From assembly GCA_050261915.1 (NCBI GenBank), contig JBLNDT010000006.1, positions 37,180 through 101,179 of the forward strand: a DNA stretch of 64,000 bases, read 5' to 3'. Position numbers and translations under genes: made by a program. The first letter of the stretch is position 1. Each line of letters begins with the position of its first letter. This document shows, piece by piece, positions 1-9,074 of the stretch. Below the pieces are notes generated by a model, which was not told the origin of the DNA, did not search any database, and worked only from the letters and a program-made list of their open reading frames with translations. The stretch comes from Solirubrobacterales bacterium (GTDB lineage Bacteria; Bacillota; Clostridia; Clostridiales; Clostridiaceae).

Positions 1-855
1 GAAGGATATAGACTCAATTGTTGTGGTTATTTGGTTTGCTGCAAAGGATATTGTTCCAAGGTGCATTATCATAAATGCAGTTAATAGTCTTCCAAAGTCA
101 CTGGCACCTTGCTGGAAAGAAGAAGGTGCGGATAGCTTTAAAAGGGTTTTTAATTTTTCAAAGCTGACATTACGCAAATATTTTATTCTTGGTTTTATTT
201 CTGATCTTTTAATTATGTATATAGAAACAAATATAAATCCAAGAGTTTGTGCTGTGGCAGTAGCTATAGCGGAACCTTTTATACCAAGCTCGGGAAAACC
301 AAGATTTCCAAAAATAAGAAGCCAGTCCAGACTTATATTTATTATATTTACAAAGGCAGAAGCTATAAGAGGGGTCTTTGTATTTCCGTAACCTCTTAAT
401 ATTCCATTTAAAACACTCATTATCATGTTAAAAAATATACCTATACATGCTATTCTTATAAACATAATTCCAAGTCTTTGTACTTGCTCCTCTGCTCCTG
501 CAAGCTTAAGTATATTGCCGCAGAAAATATATAAAAGCAAAACCAGTATTATTGAAATAACTGCCCCTGACATTATACCAAGGGTTGCATATTCCTCAGC
601 AATGTGGTGGTTTTTTGCTCCAATGCTTCTAGCAACAAGGGAAGCGATCCCTACTGCTATTCCAACAGAAATAAATATATTAACACAGGTATATAATATT
701 TCAGAACTTAAGCCTACAGTACTAACAGCAAGATTACCACCATATTTTCCAACCATCATTGTGTCAAAAACCCAAATCATCATATATAATATCATTTCTC
801 CAACTGCAGGAAGAGCTAGAGTAAGAACGTCTTTTATAGTTTTAATGTTAAACAT
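1..855 (-). CDS. MATE family efflux transporter (N-terminal part; gene runs off the window start)
   Basis: Manual reverse-complement translation from ATG 855-853 gives MFNIKTIKDVLTLALPAVGEMI..., a typical MATE N-terminus, preceded by a GGGGGA RBS. The frame stays open to position 1, so it is absent from the ORF track. The hydrophobic + strand ORFs 23-391 and 425-904 are its shadows. Confidence 0.75.
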   Translation of the reverse strand, partial: MFNIKTIKDVLTLALPAVGEMILYMMIWVFDTMMVGKYGGNLAVSTVGLSSEILYTCVNIFISVGIAVGIASLVARSIGAKNHHIAEEYATLGIMSGAVISIILVLLLYIFCGNILKLAGAEEQVQRLGIMFIRIACIGIFFNMIMSVLNGILRGYGNTKTPLIASAFVNIINISLDWLLIFGNLGFPELGIKGSAIATATAQTLGFIFVSIYIIKRSEIKPRIKYLRNVSFEKLKTLLKLSAPSSFQQGASDFGRLLTAFMIMHLGTISFAANQITTTIESISF

Positions 856-928
856 AATTTTATCCCCCAATTTTCTGCATACTAATATGTTACTTGATTT
901 TTAAAAAATAAACAAATTAAAAAACGTC

Positions 929-957
929 TTGACAATTAAATATTAAAGTACTATTAT
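929..957 (+). promoter_or_regulatory. sigma-A type promoter for the metG leader
   Basis: TTGACA (929-934), 17-nt spacer, TATTAT (952-957). Confidence 0.5.
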
Positions 958-959
958 AT

Positions 960-1235
960 CTTTAATGCGAAGAAGGAAAGAGTAATAGATGAATTTACTT
1001 AAAGAGAGCCGGGGCAGGTGAAAGCCGGCAGTGATGAAATTTATGAACATGGCTCCAGAGCAGGTTTTGCGAAAGCTAAGCTTAGCAGAACTCGGAAGCA
1101 GCCGTTACAATGCAAGGTGATAAAAGACTTAGTGTCGGAGTCACTTGATGAGGTCTTTGTTGTGAGACAAAGATAAAGTAGAGTGGTAAAGCGATTATTC
1201 GCCTCTATATGGATTTCCATATAGAGCTTTTTTTA
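960..1235 (+). promoter_or_regulatory. T-box leader (Met-specific) with terminator/antiterminator
   Basis: AGAGAG and GUGA stem-I elements. Candidate AUG specifier followed by A at 1043-1045 (or 1034-1036). T-box core GAGTGGTAAAGCG at 1181-1193. Terminator hairpin CTCTATATGG/CCATATAGAG plus T-run at 1203-1235. Lies directly upstream of metG. Confidence 0.85.
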
Positions 1236-1260
1236 TTTTAAATTATAGGAGGAATGCAAA

Positions 1261-3198
1261 ATGACTAAAGGAACATATTATATTACAACACCTATTTATT
1301 ATCCATCAGCTAGTCTTCACATAGGAAATACGTATACTACTGTGGCAGCAGATACCCTTGCCAGGTTTAAGAGACTTACAGGATATGATGTAATGCTTTT
1401 AACAGGAACAGATGAGCATGGACAGAAGATTCAAAGACTTGCTGAAGCAAAGGGAGTAACTCCAATAGAGTATGTAGATCCAATAGTAAATGATATAAAG
1501 GTACTTTGGGATATGATGAACATTAAATATGACAAGTTTATCAGAACTACAGAGGACTATCATGTAAAAGCGGTACAGAAAATATTTAAAAAGCTTTATG
1601 ACAATGGTGACATATACAAGGGAAATTATGAGGGCTGGTACTGTACTCCTTGTGAATCCTTCTGGACAGAAACACAGCTTGTAGATGGAAAGTGTCCTGA
1701 CTGTGGAAGACCTGTTGAAAAGGATACAGAAGAAGCATACTTCTTTAATATGTCAAAATATGCTCCAAGACTTATTGAGTATATAAATGATAATCCTGAT
1801 TTTATTCAGCCTGAATCAAGAAAAAATGAAATGCTGAACAACTTCCTGCTTCCAGGACTTCAGGACCTTTGTGTTTCAAGAACATCCTTTGATTGGGGAG
1901 TTCCAGTATCCTTTGATGAAAAGCACGTGGTTTATGTTTGGATAGATGCTTTGGCGAACTATATTACAGCACTTGGATATGCAGGAGAAAATGATGATCT
2001 TTACAAAAAATACTGGCCTGCAAATGTGCATCTTGTAGGAAAGGATATTTTAAGATTCCATACAATATACTGGCCGATTATGCTGATGGCTTTAGGCGTG
2101 CCTCTTCCAAAGCAGGTATTCGGACATGGATGGCTCCTTGTTGATGGAGGGAAAATGTCAAAATCTAAGGGTAACGTTGTTGACCCGGTAGAACTTGTTA
2201 ACCACTTTGGCACAGATCCTGTAAGGTATTATCTTCTTAGAGAAATTCCATTTGGAGCAGATGGCTTGTTCAATAATGAAATATTTATAAAAAAGATAAA
2301 TGCTGATCTTGCAAATGACCTAGGAAATCTTCTTTCAAGAACAGTAACAATGATAGAAAAGTATTTTGATGGAGTTATTCCAACACCTGCTGCAAAGGAA
2401 CCAATAGATGATGAACTAATAAAGGTTGCTTTAGATACTCCTGTTATAGCAGAGGAATGCATGGACAATTTAAGAATACCTGAAGCATTGGATCAGGTAT
2501 GGGTACTTATAAGACGTGCAAATAAGTATATAGATGAAACAACACCTTGGATTCTTGCAAAGGAAGAAGGCAAAAAGGAACGTCTTGGTACTGTGCTTTA
2601 TAACCTTGCCGAATCACTTAGAATTGTTTCAGTATGTTTATCAGCATTCTTACCAGACACAAGCATAAAAATAAACCAGCAGCTTAATACAAATGCAGCA
2701 TCCTGGGAAAGTGTAAAGACATTTGATGGAATAATACCTGGAGACAAGATAAACAAGGGTGAAATCATATTCCCAAGAATTGATTTTGATGCAAAAATTG
2801 ATGAATTAAATAAGATAAGGGAAGAAAAGCTAAAGGAAGTTCAAGCAAAGAACATTAAGGAAATTAAGCCTGAAATAACAATAGATGATTTTGCAAAGGT
2901 TGATTTAAGGGTTGTTAAGGTTCTTGAATGTGAACCGGTAAAGGGTTCAAATAAACTTCTTAAGCTTAAGGTGGACCTTGGCTTGGAAACAAGACAGGTA
3001 ATTTCAGGAATAGCTAAGTATTACAAACCTGAAGAGCTTGTAGGTAAAAAGGTTATACTTGTAGCAAACCTTAAAGAAGCAAAATTAAGAGGAGAAATTT
3101 CACAGGGAATGATACTGGCTGCAGCAACTGATGATGACAGCAAGCTTGAAGTAGTTTCAATAGCTGGTGATTTACCACTTGGAAGCGTAGTAAGATAA
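1261..3198 (+). CDS. metG: methionine--tRNA ligase with C-terminal tRNA-binding (Trbp111/EMAPII-like) domain
   Basis: HIGN (class I HIGH) and KMSKS motifs, CxxC...CxxC zinc knuckle, C-terminal VDLRVVKV...ISGI OB-fold domain. RBS AGGAGG. Confidence 0.97.
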   Translation: MTKGTYYITTPIYYPSASLHIGNTYTTVAADTLARFKRLTGYDVMLLTGTDEHGQKIQRLAEAKGVTPIEYVDPIVNDIKVLWDMMNIKYDKFIRTTEDYHVKAVQKIFKKLYDNGDIYKGNYEGWYCTPCESFWTETQLVDGKCPDCGRPVEKDTEEAYFFNMSKYAPRLIEYINDNPDFIQPESRKNEMLNNFLLPGLQDLCVSRTSFDWGVPVSFDEKHVVYVWIDALANYITALGYAGENDDLYKKYWPANVHLVGKDILRFHTIYWPIMLMALGVPLPKQVFGHGWLLVDGGKMSKSKGNVVDPVELVNHFGTDPVRYYLLREIPFGADGLFNNEIFIKKINADLANDLGNLLSRTVTMIEKYFDGVIPTPAAKEPIDDELIKVALDTPVIAEECMDNLRIPEALDQVWVLIRRANKYIDETTPWILAKEEGKKERLGTVLYNLAESLRIVSVCLSAFLPDTSIKINQQLNTNAASWESVKTFDGIIPGDKINKGEIIFPRIDFDAKIDELNKIREEKLKEVQAKNIKEIKPEITIDDFAKVDLRVVKVLECEPVKGSNKLLKLKVDLGLETRQVISGIAKYYKPEELVGKKVILVANLKEAKLRGEISQGMILAAATDDDSKLEVVSIAGDLPLGSVVR

Positions 3199-3210
3199 TA
3201 TTGAGATTAA

Positions 3211-3240
3211 AAAAAGATTGTGCTTTGCACAATCTTTTTT
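3211..3240 (+). terminator. intrinsic terminator after metG
   Basis: AGATTGTGC-TTT-GCACAATCT hairpin followed by T5. Confidence 0.8.
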
Positions 3241-3325
3241 GCTTACTTAATTTATTGAATCCTATTAAATTATAGATAGTATATATCCATATTTTGTTAT
3301 AAAATTAGTAATAGGAGGTGTATTA

Positions 3326-3883
3326 ATGAAAGATTTCAAAAGAAAATTCCCTTTATTTTCTCTATGCGGCTTAAACTGTGGTTTATGTCCGATGTATTTG
3401 GGTAATTATTGCCCTGGTTGTGGCGGTGGTCCAGGTAATCAACCATGCAGTATTGCAAGATGCAGTCTGCAGCATGGCGGAATTGAATATTGTTTTCTTT
3501 GCAATGAATACCCTTGTGAAAAGTATAATTATATAGAAACATTTGATTCTTTTATTACCCATAGAAATCAATTAAAAGATTTGGCCAAGGTGAAAAAAAT
3601 GGGAATAGGTCCTTATCAAATTGAACTGGCTGAAAAAATAGAAATACTAAAATATTTATTAGGGAACTACAATGATGGGCGCAGAAAAAGTTTTTTTTGT
3701 ATAGCTGTTAATCTTTTAGAATTGGAAGATGTAAAAATCGTATTGGAGCAAATTGAAGCTGAGACAAAATCAGGCATTTTAACATTAAAAGAAAAAGCTG
3801 CTATTGCAGTAAAACTGTTTCAATCTATGGCGGAAAGCCGTAATATTGTATTAAAACTTAATAAGAAAACCAGTAAGAAGTAG
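3326..3883 (+). CDS. DUF3795-like cysteine-rich protein
   Basis: N-terminal CGLNCGLCPMY...CPGCGGG...CSIARC...CFLCNEYPC pattern, which I recognise as DUF3795. RBS AGGAGG. Confidence 0.65.
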   Translation: MKDFKRKFPLFSLCGLNCGLCPMYLGNYCPGCGGGPGNQPCSIARCSLQHGGIEYCFLCNEYPCEKYNYIETFDSFITHRNQLKDLAKVKKMGIGPYQIELAEKIEILKYLLGNYNDGRRKSFFCIAVNLLELEDVKIVLEQIEAETKSGILTLKEKAAIAVKLFQSMAESRNIVLKLNKKTSKK

Positions 3884-3997
3884 GAGGCCAGCTTATTATA
3901 AGCTACGCCTCCCTCTTGTTTTAAAAACACACATTTTATCTCTAGGTATAAAGCAGCATCCTTGGACTTTATGCTATGCTCAATGGTTCGCTAGTAT

Positions 3998-4990
3998 TTA
4001 TTTTATAGGAAGACTTGACTCACAGGGTATCTCTGCAGAACATAGTCCACAACCATAAATAAATATGTGATATTCCTTATTACATAAAGGTATTGAGCTG
4101 ATTACTTTTTTGTAACAGCATTCTTTGTTATGTCCGTTAACAGAAATAGCCCCAGCTGGACACCTTTGCATACATTTTAGACAACTTATTCCCTGATAAT
4201 GAAGGCAATGTGCATGGATATCTTTTTCTCTTTTTCCACTGGGATTTAATTTAAGATTAACTACAAAGCTACCACATCTATGGGCCACACCTTTTTCAGT
4301 TATTAATAAATTATGCATACCAAATGTACCGAGTCCTGCTGCATAAGCTATATGACGATGAGACCATGAAGAAGACCATCCTACATTTGGATACCTTTTA
4401 TATCTGAACATTGGTGTCATATCAGGTGCAATTGCTAATACACCTTTTTCCATAAGCAATGAAACAATCTCTCGTACAAAAACCTGGGTAAATATTTCTC
4501 CAGATTTTCTGGTTTGTGCCCACCTTTCAGAAAGCCAATCTGTTTTATCAGCATTGGCTTTTATAGTTTTTTCAGATATAGGAAGTATAAATGATATAAC
4601 TGTTAATTCTTCTGCTTTAGGAGGTTCTACATTATTGTTATTTGCTTGCCACCTCATTATCTCCTCAGTGGTAAAATGCTGTGGTCCAATTACTTTTTTA
4701 TAATCTTGAAATATAGGGTCGTTTCCATTTACAAAGCCAATTATTGGCTCATCAAATATCTTTTCGTTCTGGAATGGATATTCTAATCTGTTAAGAGGAT
4801 GGTTAGTTGCTTTTTCAGTAATGCTCTTAATAAACCAAACCTCATCAAATTCTACAGAACAATCCTCTTTATAGTAGAATTTATTTAATTTTGCTTGCTT
4901 TGGAAAACCAATTCCAAACATATCTAAAAAAGAAGTTTTTATTCCGTAAAGATCAGTTAGATAAGAAAATCTACGATATTTATTTTTCAT
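3998..4990 (-). CDS. Fe-S protein of the epoxyqueuosine reductase (QueG)/reductive dehalogenase-like family
   Basis: SHRHIAYAAGLGTFGMHNLLITEKG motif resembling the QueG core, then cysteine clusters including CLKCMQRCPAGAI (4Fe-4S ferredoxin motif). RBS GGAGAG. Confidence 0.55.
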   Translation of the reverse strand: MKNKYRRFSYLTDLYGIKTSFLDMFGIGFPKQAKLNKFYYKEDCSVEFDEVWFIKSITEKATNHPLNRLEYPFQNEKIFDEPIIGFVNGNDPIFQDYKKVIGPQHFTTEEIMRWQANNNNVEPPKAEELTVISFILPISEKTIKANADKTDWLSERWAQTRKSGEIFTQVFVREIVSLLMEKGVLAIAPDMTPMFRYKRYPNVGWSSSWSHRHIAYAAGLGTFGMHNLLITEKGVAHRCGSFVVNLKLNPSGKREKDIHAHCLHYQGISCLKCMQRCPAGAISVNGHNKECCYKKVISSIPLCNKEYHIFIYGCGLCSAEIPCESSLPIK

Positions 4991-5099
4991 CTATATTCTC
5001 TCCTAACTTAATAAAAGCTCCAGTTTTTCTAGTTATGCCATAAATGCAGCATCCATCATTTGTCGCTACAAAGGTAAATATTGATGGTAATCTTATCAT
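4980..5099 (-). CDS. unannotated 39-codon ORF (MIRLPSIFTFVATNDGCCIYGITRKTGAFIKLGENIDEK)
   Basis: Manual translation. GGAG RBS 9 nt upstream of the ATG. Its 3' end overlaps the start of the QueG-like gene by 11 nt in another frame. Below the ORF-track length cutoff. Confidence 0.25.
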   Translation of the reverse strand: MIRLPSIFTFVATNDGCCIYGITRKTGAFIKLGENIDEK

Positions 5100-5121
5100 T
5101 ATACTCATCTCCTTTAAGATG

Positions 5122-5153
5122 AGTATAAACCATGTAGCAAGGTACAGAGTCAA
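5122..5153 (-). promoter_or_regulatory. MerR-type long-spacer promoter candidate
   Basis: On the minus strand: TTGACT (5153-5148), 19-20 nt spacer containing the dyad TGTA-N6-TACA, TATACT (5127-5122). The over-long spacer is the hallmark of MerR-activated promoters. It lies immediately downstream of the merR-family gene. Confidence 0.35.
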
Positions 5154-5584
5154 GTTCTATTTACTATTTTTTTATTATTTTTAATAAAGTCCAATATAAA
5201 ACAGTTTTCATCTTTTGGTTTATAGTTATTTTCTATAGTTGTAATTATTACGTCCTTCATTTTCAATAGGGATTGTATATTGCTATCAATTTCTTCAATT
5301 CTAGCATCAATTATTTCTTTTATATCATCACTATTTCTATCCGGTAATTTACCTTCCAGAATATCAAGAATCTCTTTAATTTTTATGAGTTTAAATCCGG
5401 TCATCTGCATTTGTTTAATAAATATGATTCTTCTTATATCTTCTTCTGAAAAGATCCTGTATTTGTTTTCGCCACGTTCATATTCCGTTATAAGTCCAAT
5501 TGCCTCATAGTATCTTATTGTTTCCTTATTTACTTTTGCTGCTTTAGCAATCTCACCTATGGTAAACCCTTTACTATTCATCAC
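5150..5584 (-). CDS. MerR family transcriptional regulator
   Basis: N-terminal FTIGEIAKAAKVNKETIRYYEAIGLI winged-HTH signature followed by a coiled-coil region. Confidence 0.85.
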   Translation of the reverse strand: MMNSKGFTIGEIAKAAKVNKETIRYYEAIGLITEYERGENKYRIFSEEDIRRIIFIKQMQMTGFKLIKIKEILDILEGKLPDRNSDDIKEIIDARIEEIDSNIQSLLKMKDVIITTIENNYKPKDENCFILDFIKNNKKIVNRT

Positions 5585-5606
5585 TCACCTCCTGAGATAA
5601 AATATT

Positions 5607-6803
5607 TTATCTCCAGGTATTGTCGCTTAATCCATAGTTAGTATCAAGATTAAGCATGGAACCATGTACAATACCCTGCCCATTAACTATGGCATTTTTT
5701 CTTGAACTTACGTCCTGAGAATTTCCTGATACTGCATCGGCAATAACTTTAAGCAGGGCTTTTTCTGTTATGCCAGCATTTTGTGCTAAAGAAGTATCAA
5801 TGGTTTTTGAAGCCTCGGTGCTGATACCTCCATTTTGAGTAACTATATCAAAAGCCAAAGCAAACCCTCTTATGCTTTTAAGATTATATTTGTCGCATAT
5901 AAGCATGGACTGTTTTACAGTATATGCCACAGCATCATCTTCTATTTGCTTAAAATGACTATTGCTTACAAGGCTTAGAAACTGTGAATACCATGGTTCT
6001 TGAATGCTGTTTCCTGAAGTGTTTATGCTGTATGCCCATTTAAGCTGGTTGTCATATGTATCAAGGAGCATATTATGTATGGCACCATAGTTTGTACCAA
6101 AAATTGTTTTCATTTCAATGTTGTATTCCCTGTCCATCCTGTTTAGCATAGGCTGGAGGGTTCTTTGTCCTATGCACCACTGCAGATATCCAAGAGACAA
6201 GCCTTCTCTGTCAAAGTTTCCTGCAATTTGATTCACAGAACTTGTTTCAAACTGGATGCTTATATTCCTTGCAGTATTTACAACACTTTCAGGAGGAGAA
6301 ACATAGGCTTGCACATATGCATCTGAAACATAACCATAACCATTATTTAAGGATATTTTATCCCAAACATTACCGCTTGTATCGGTAACAGTTTCAAGAA
6401 TATCGATATTATCAAAATTGTACAGGTATGCGAGTATTGTTCCTGTTAAATGGGGAACAGACCTAACCTTTAAGTCAATTTCAAGCTCAGGATTAAATAC
6501 ATAGCCTTTTTTAGTGATTATTCTTTGCTTACCGTCCCAGGCACCATCAGAACCTACTACCCACCCATCAATTGTTGTATTTACAGCCATATCCCCATCA
6601 AGATTCATATAATATTGTTTCCCGTTCCAGGTTATCCACTGATTTGCGGCCTTACTGCCATTTAAGTAGTAATTCCAAGTGGAGCCATTTAAGTACCATC
6701 CGTTGGAAACCGCTGCATTTGCTTGATTTTGTGATAATAATGATGGGGTTACAGTAAGAAAACCAGTAATTAACAGTGTGAAAAATTTTTTATTAAACAA
6801 CAT
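5607..6803 (-). CDS. secreted cell-wall-binding-repeat protein with SH3-like and lysozyme-like (putative) domains
   Basis: Signal peptide. GW/Y-rich choline/cell-wall-binding repeats (GWYLNGSTWNYY, WNGKQYYMNLDGDM, GWVVGSDGAWDG). SH3-like segment. C-terminal E...D.EGLSLG..QW pattern reminiscent of the GH24/GH46 lysozyme fold. Confidence 0.6.
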   Translation of the reverse strand: MLFNKKFFTLLITGFLTVTPSLLSQNQANAAVSNGWYLNGSTWNYYLNGSKAANQWITWNGKQYYMNLDGDMAVNTTIDGWVVGSDGAWDGKQRIITKKGYVFNPELEIDLKVRSVPHLTGTILAYLYNFDNIDILETVTDTSGNVWDKISLNNGYGYVSDAYVQAYVSPPESVVNTARNISIQFETSSVNQIAGNFDREGLSLGYLQWCIGQRTLQPMLNRMDREYNIEMKTIFGTNYGAIHNMLLDTYDNQLKWAYSINTSGNSIQEPWYSQFLSLVSNSHFKQIEDDAVAYTVKQSMLICDKYNLKSIRGFALAFDIVTQNGGISTEASKTIDTSLAQNAGITEKALLKVIADAVSGNSQDVSSRKNAIVNGQGIVHGSMLNLDTNYGLSDNTWR

Positions 6804-6960
6804 TCTACCTCCTAAAAATTAGTATATTTAATATATTTCTATATTTAAGCTGAATTACCTCTTAGTTAATATAAATTTAATAATATGTGATTATATTATA
6901 AATGCTTGGTTATAATTTAAAAAAAGTGATATAATTATCAGAAATGACTTTTAGGGGTGA

Positions 6961-8076
6961 ATGTGGATGGAGAAATCAAAGGTTTTTTTTACTGATTTAA
7001 GAACAAAGCCTGGTATTAATCTTTTAAACAAGCTTGAAAATCTTGTTAAAACTGCCGGTATAGAAGAAATTGATTTCAAAAATAAATTTTCGGCAATAAA
7101 AATTCATTTTGGTGAACCAGGTAATCTGGCATACATAAGACCAAACTATGCTGCAACTATTGTAAAACTAATTAAGAGATTAGGGGGAAAGCCCTTCCTT
7201 TCAGATGCAAACACTCTTTATTCAGGGAGAAGAGCTAATGCTTTGGACCATCTTGAAGCAGCATCAGAAAACGGATTTAATCCAATGACTTTAGGCTGCA
7301 GTGTTTTAATTGCAGATGGCCTGAAGGGAACCGACTATAAGGAAATTGTAATAAACCAAGAACATTGCACTACTGCAAAAATTGGAACTGTTATTGCAGA
7401 TGCTGACATAATAATATCTATGAATCATTTTAAAGGACATGAAATGACAGGCTTTGGGGGTGCGATTAAGAACATAGGAATGGGATGCGGCTCCAGGGGA
7501 GGAAAGCTTGAAATGCATTCAGCTTCTCAGCCTAAAATTAAAAAGAAAAATTGTGTGGGCTGCAGACAGTGTATAATAAACTGTTCTCATGATGCAATAA
7601 TAATTGATACTGAAAATAAGGCTGAAATTGATTATGAAAAGTGTGTGGGCTGTGGTCAATGCGTTGCAGTATGCCAGTTTAATTCGGCTCAAGTTGTGTG
7701 GAATGAATCAGCAGATATTTCAAATATGAAAATTGCTGAATACACTTATGCAGTGCTAAAGGATAAACCTAGTTTTCACATAAACTTTATTATGAATGTT
7801 TCACCAAACTGCGACTGCTGGTCATCAAATGATATGGCTATAGTACCAGATATAGGTATAGCAGCATCCTTTGACCCAGTTGCATTAGATAAAGCTTGTG
7901 TGGATTTGGTTAATAAAGCACCAGTAATTCATGGGTCAATTTTAGATGACATAAGTTTTAATGATGGAGGAGATAAATTCAATCATATACATACCAACAC
8001 CAATTGGGAAACTGGTCTTAAGCATGCCGAAAAGATTGGTATTGGAAAAATGGAGTATGATTTAATTATAATATAG
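6961..8076 (+). CDS. DUF362 domain protein with 2x[4Fe-4S] ferredoxin insert
   Basis: DUF362-like N-terminus (KVFFTDLR...IKIHFGEPGN). CVGCRQCIINC and CVGCGQCVAVC motifs. Start may be the ATG at 6967. Confidence 0.75.
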   Translation: MWMEKSKVFFTDLRTKPGINLLNKLENLVKTAGIEEIDFKNKFSAIKIHFGEPGNLAYIRPNYAATIVKLIKRLGGKPFLSDANTLYSGRRANALDHLEAASENGFNPMTLGCSVLIADGLKGTDYKEIVINQEHCTTAKIGTVIADADIIISMNHFKGHEMTGFGGAIKNIGMGCGSRGGKLEMHSASQPKIKKKNCVGCRQCIINCSHDAIIIDTENKAEIDYEKCVGCGQCVAVCQFNSAQVVWNESADISNMKIAEYTYAVLKDKPSFHINFIMNVSPNCDCWSSNDMAIVPDIGIAASFDPVALDKACVDLVNKAPVIHGSILDDISFNDGGDKFNHIHTNTNWETGLKHAEKIGIGKMEYDLIII

Positions 8077-8080
8077 GATT

Positions 8081-8851
8081 ATGAAGATATTTGATGCACA
8101 TGCACATTATGATGATGAAGCTTTCGATTGCGACAGAGATACTGTAATATCTGAGCTTGAAGAAAATGAAGTAATTGGGGTATTAAACTGTGGCTCCTCC
8201 TTTAAAGGAGCTCAGTTTTCCCTTGAATTATCAGAAAAATATCCATTTTTCTATGCAGCAGTGGGAATTCATCCAGAGCATGCAGATGAATTAAATGAAG
8301 ATATACTTACTACTTTGAGGGATATGGCAAAATCAAAGAAAGTAAAGGCAATTGGAGAGATAGGACTAGATTACTATTATGAAGAAAATCCTCCAAGGGA
8401 GGTTCAGCGGAGGGTATTCCGTGAACAAATGAGGCTGGCGGAAGAATTAAATCTTCCTGTAATTATTCATGACAGAGATGCCCACGAAGATACCTTAAAA
8501 ATAATAAAGGAATTCCCAAAGGTTATTGGAGAGGTTCACTGTTTTTCCGGCAGTGTTGAGTTTGCGAAGGAATGTGTTAAACTAGGATATTACATTGGTA
8601 TCACTGGGGTGGTAACATTTAAAAATGCAAAGAAAATCCTTAATGTGGTGGAGGAAATTCCACTTGAAAGGCTTATTTTAGAAACGGATTGTCCATACAT
8701 GGCACCGGTTCCTTATAGAGGAAAAAGGAATAGATCTGAGTATATTGAGAAAATTATAGAAAAAATATCAGAAATCAAAGCATATCCTAAGCATATTATA
8801 GCTAATGCTGTTATTTCGAACATCAAGAATTTGCTTCGAATTGATAATTAA
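8081..8851 (+). CDS. tatD: TatD family metal-dependent hydrolase (YabD)
   Basis: IFDAHAHY start, GEIGLDYYY, VIIHDRDAH and ETDCPYM motifs. Conserved position after metG. Confidence 0.9.
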   Translation: MKIFDAHAHYDDEAFDCDRDTVISELEENEVIGVLNCGSSFKGAQFSLELSEKYPFFYAAVGIHPEHADELNEDILTTLRDMAKSKKVKAIGEIGLDYYYEENPPREVQRRVFREQMRLAEELNLPVIIHDRDAHEDTLKIIKEFPKVIGEVHCFSGSVEFAKECVKLGYYIGITGVVTFKNAKKILNVVEEIPLERLILETDCPYMAPVPYRGKRNRSEYIEKIIEKISEIKAYPKHIIANAVISNIKNLLRIDN

Positions 8852-9074
8852 GATATAATTCTCGTGAGTTTATTTTTTTTTAATATTTGCAAACAGGTAA
8901 TTCATAATATAGATGTATATCATTAATTAAGGCAATCCACCAAAATGAAGACTGTTGAAAAAACGCTATCATATTTATTTTTATTATACCTATGCACATG
9001 GATGCATTATCCCCTAAGTATTAACAGTCCGAGAAGCAAGTACAGTATTGCTTCAGCCTAGAGGAGGTAATAAG

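Noticed and set aside
23-904. Two hydrophobic + strand ORFs (23-391, 425-904) from the track
   Set aside because: They are the antisense shadows of a minus-strand MATE transporter gene that is open at the window edge. The minus-strand frame has a proper RBS/ATG at 855 and a recognisable MATE N-terminus.
8852-9074. Possible cyclic-di-AMP (ydaO-type) riboswitch in the long leader of the yabE/3D-domain gene
   Set aside because: I looked for the conserved GGGGA/ACCC-type and pseudo-two-fold elements and found none. There is only a 7-bp hairpin (GAAGCAA/TTGCTTC, about 9031-9052) before the RBS, which is not enough to call a riboswitch.
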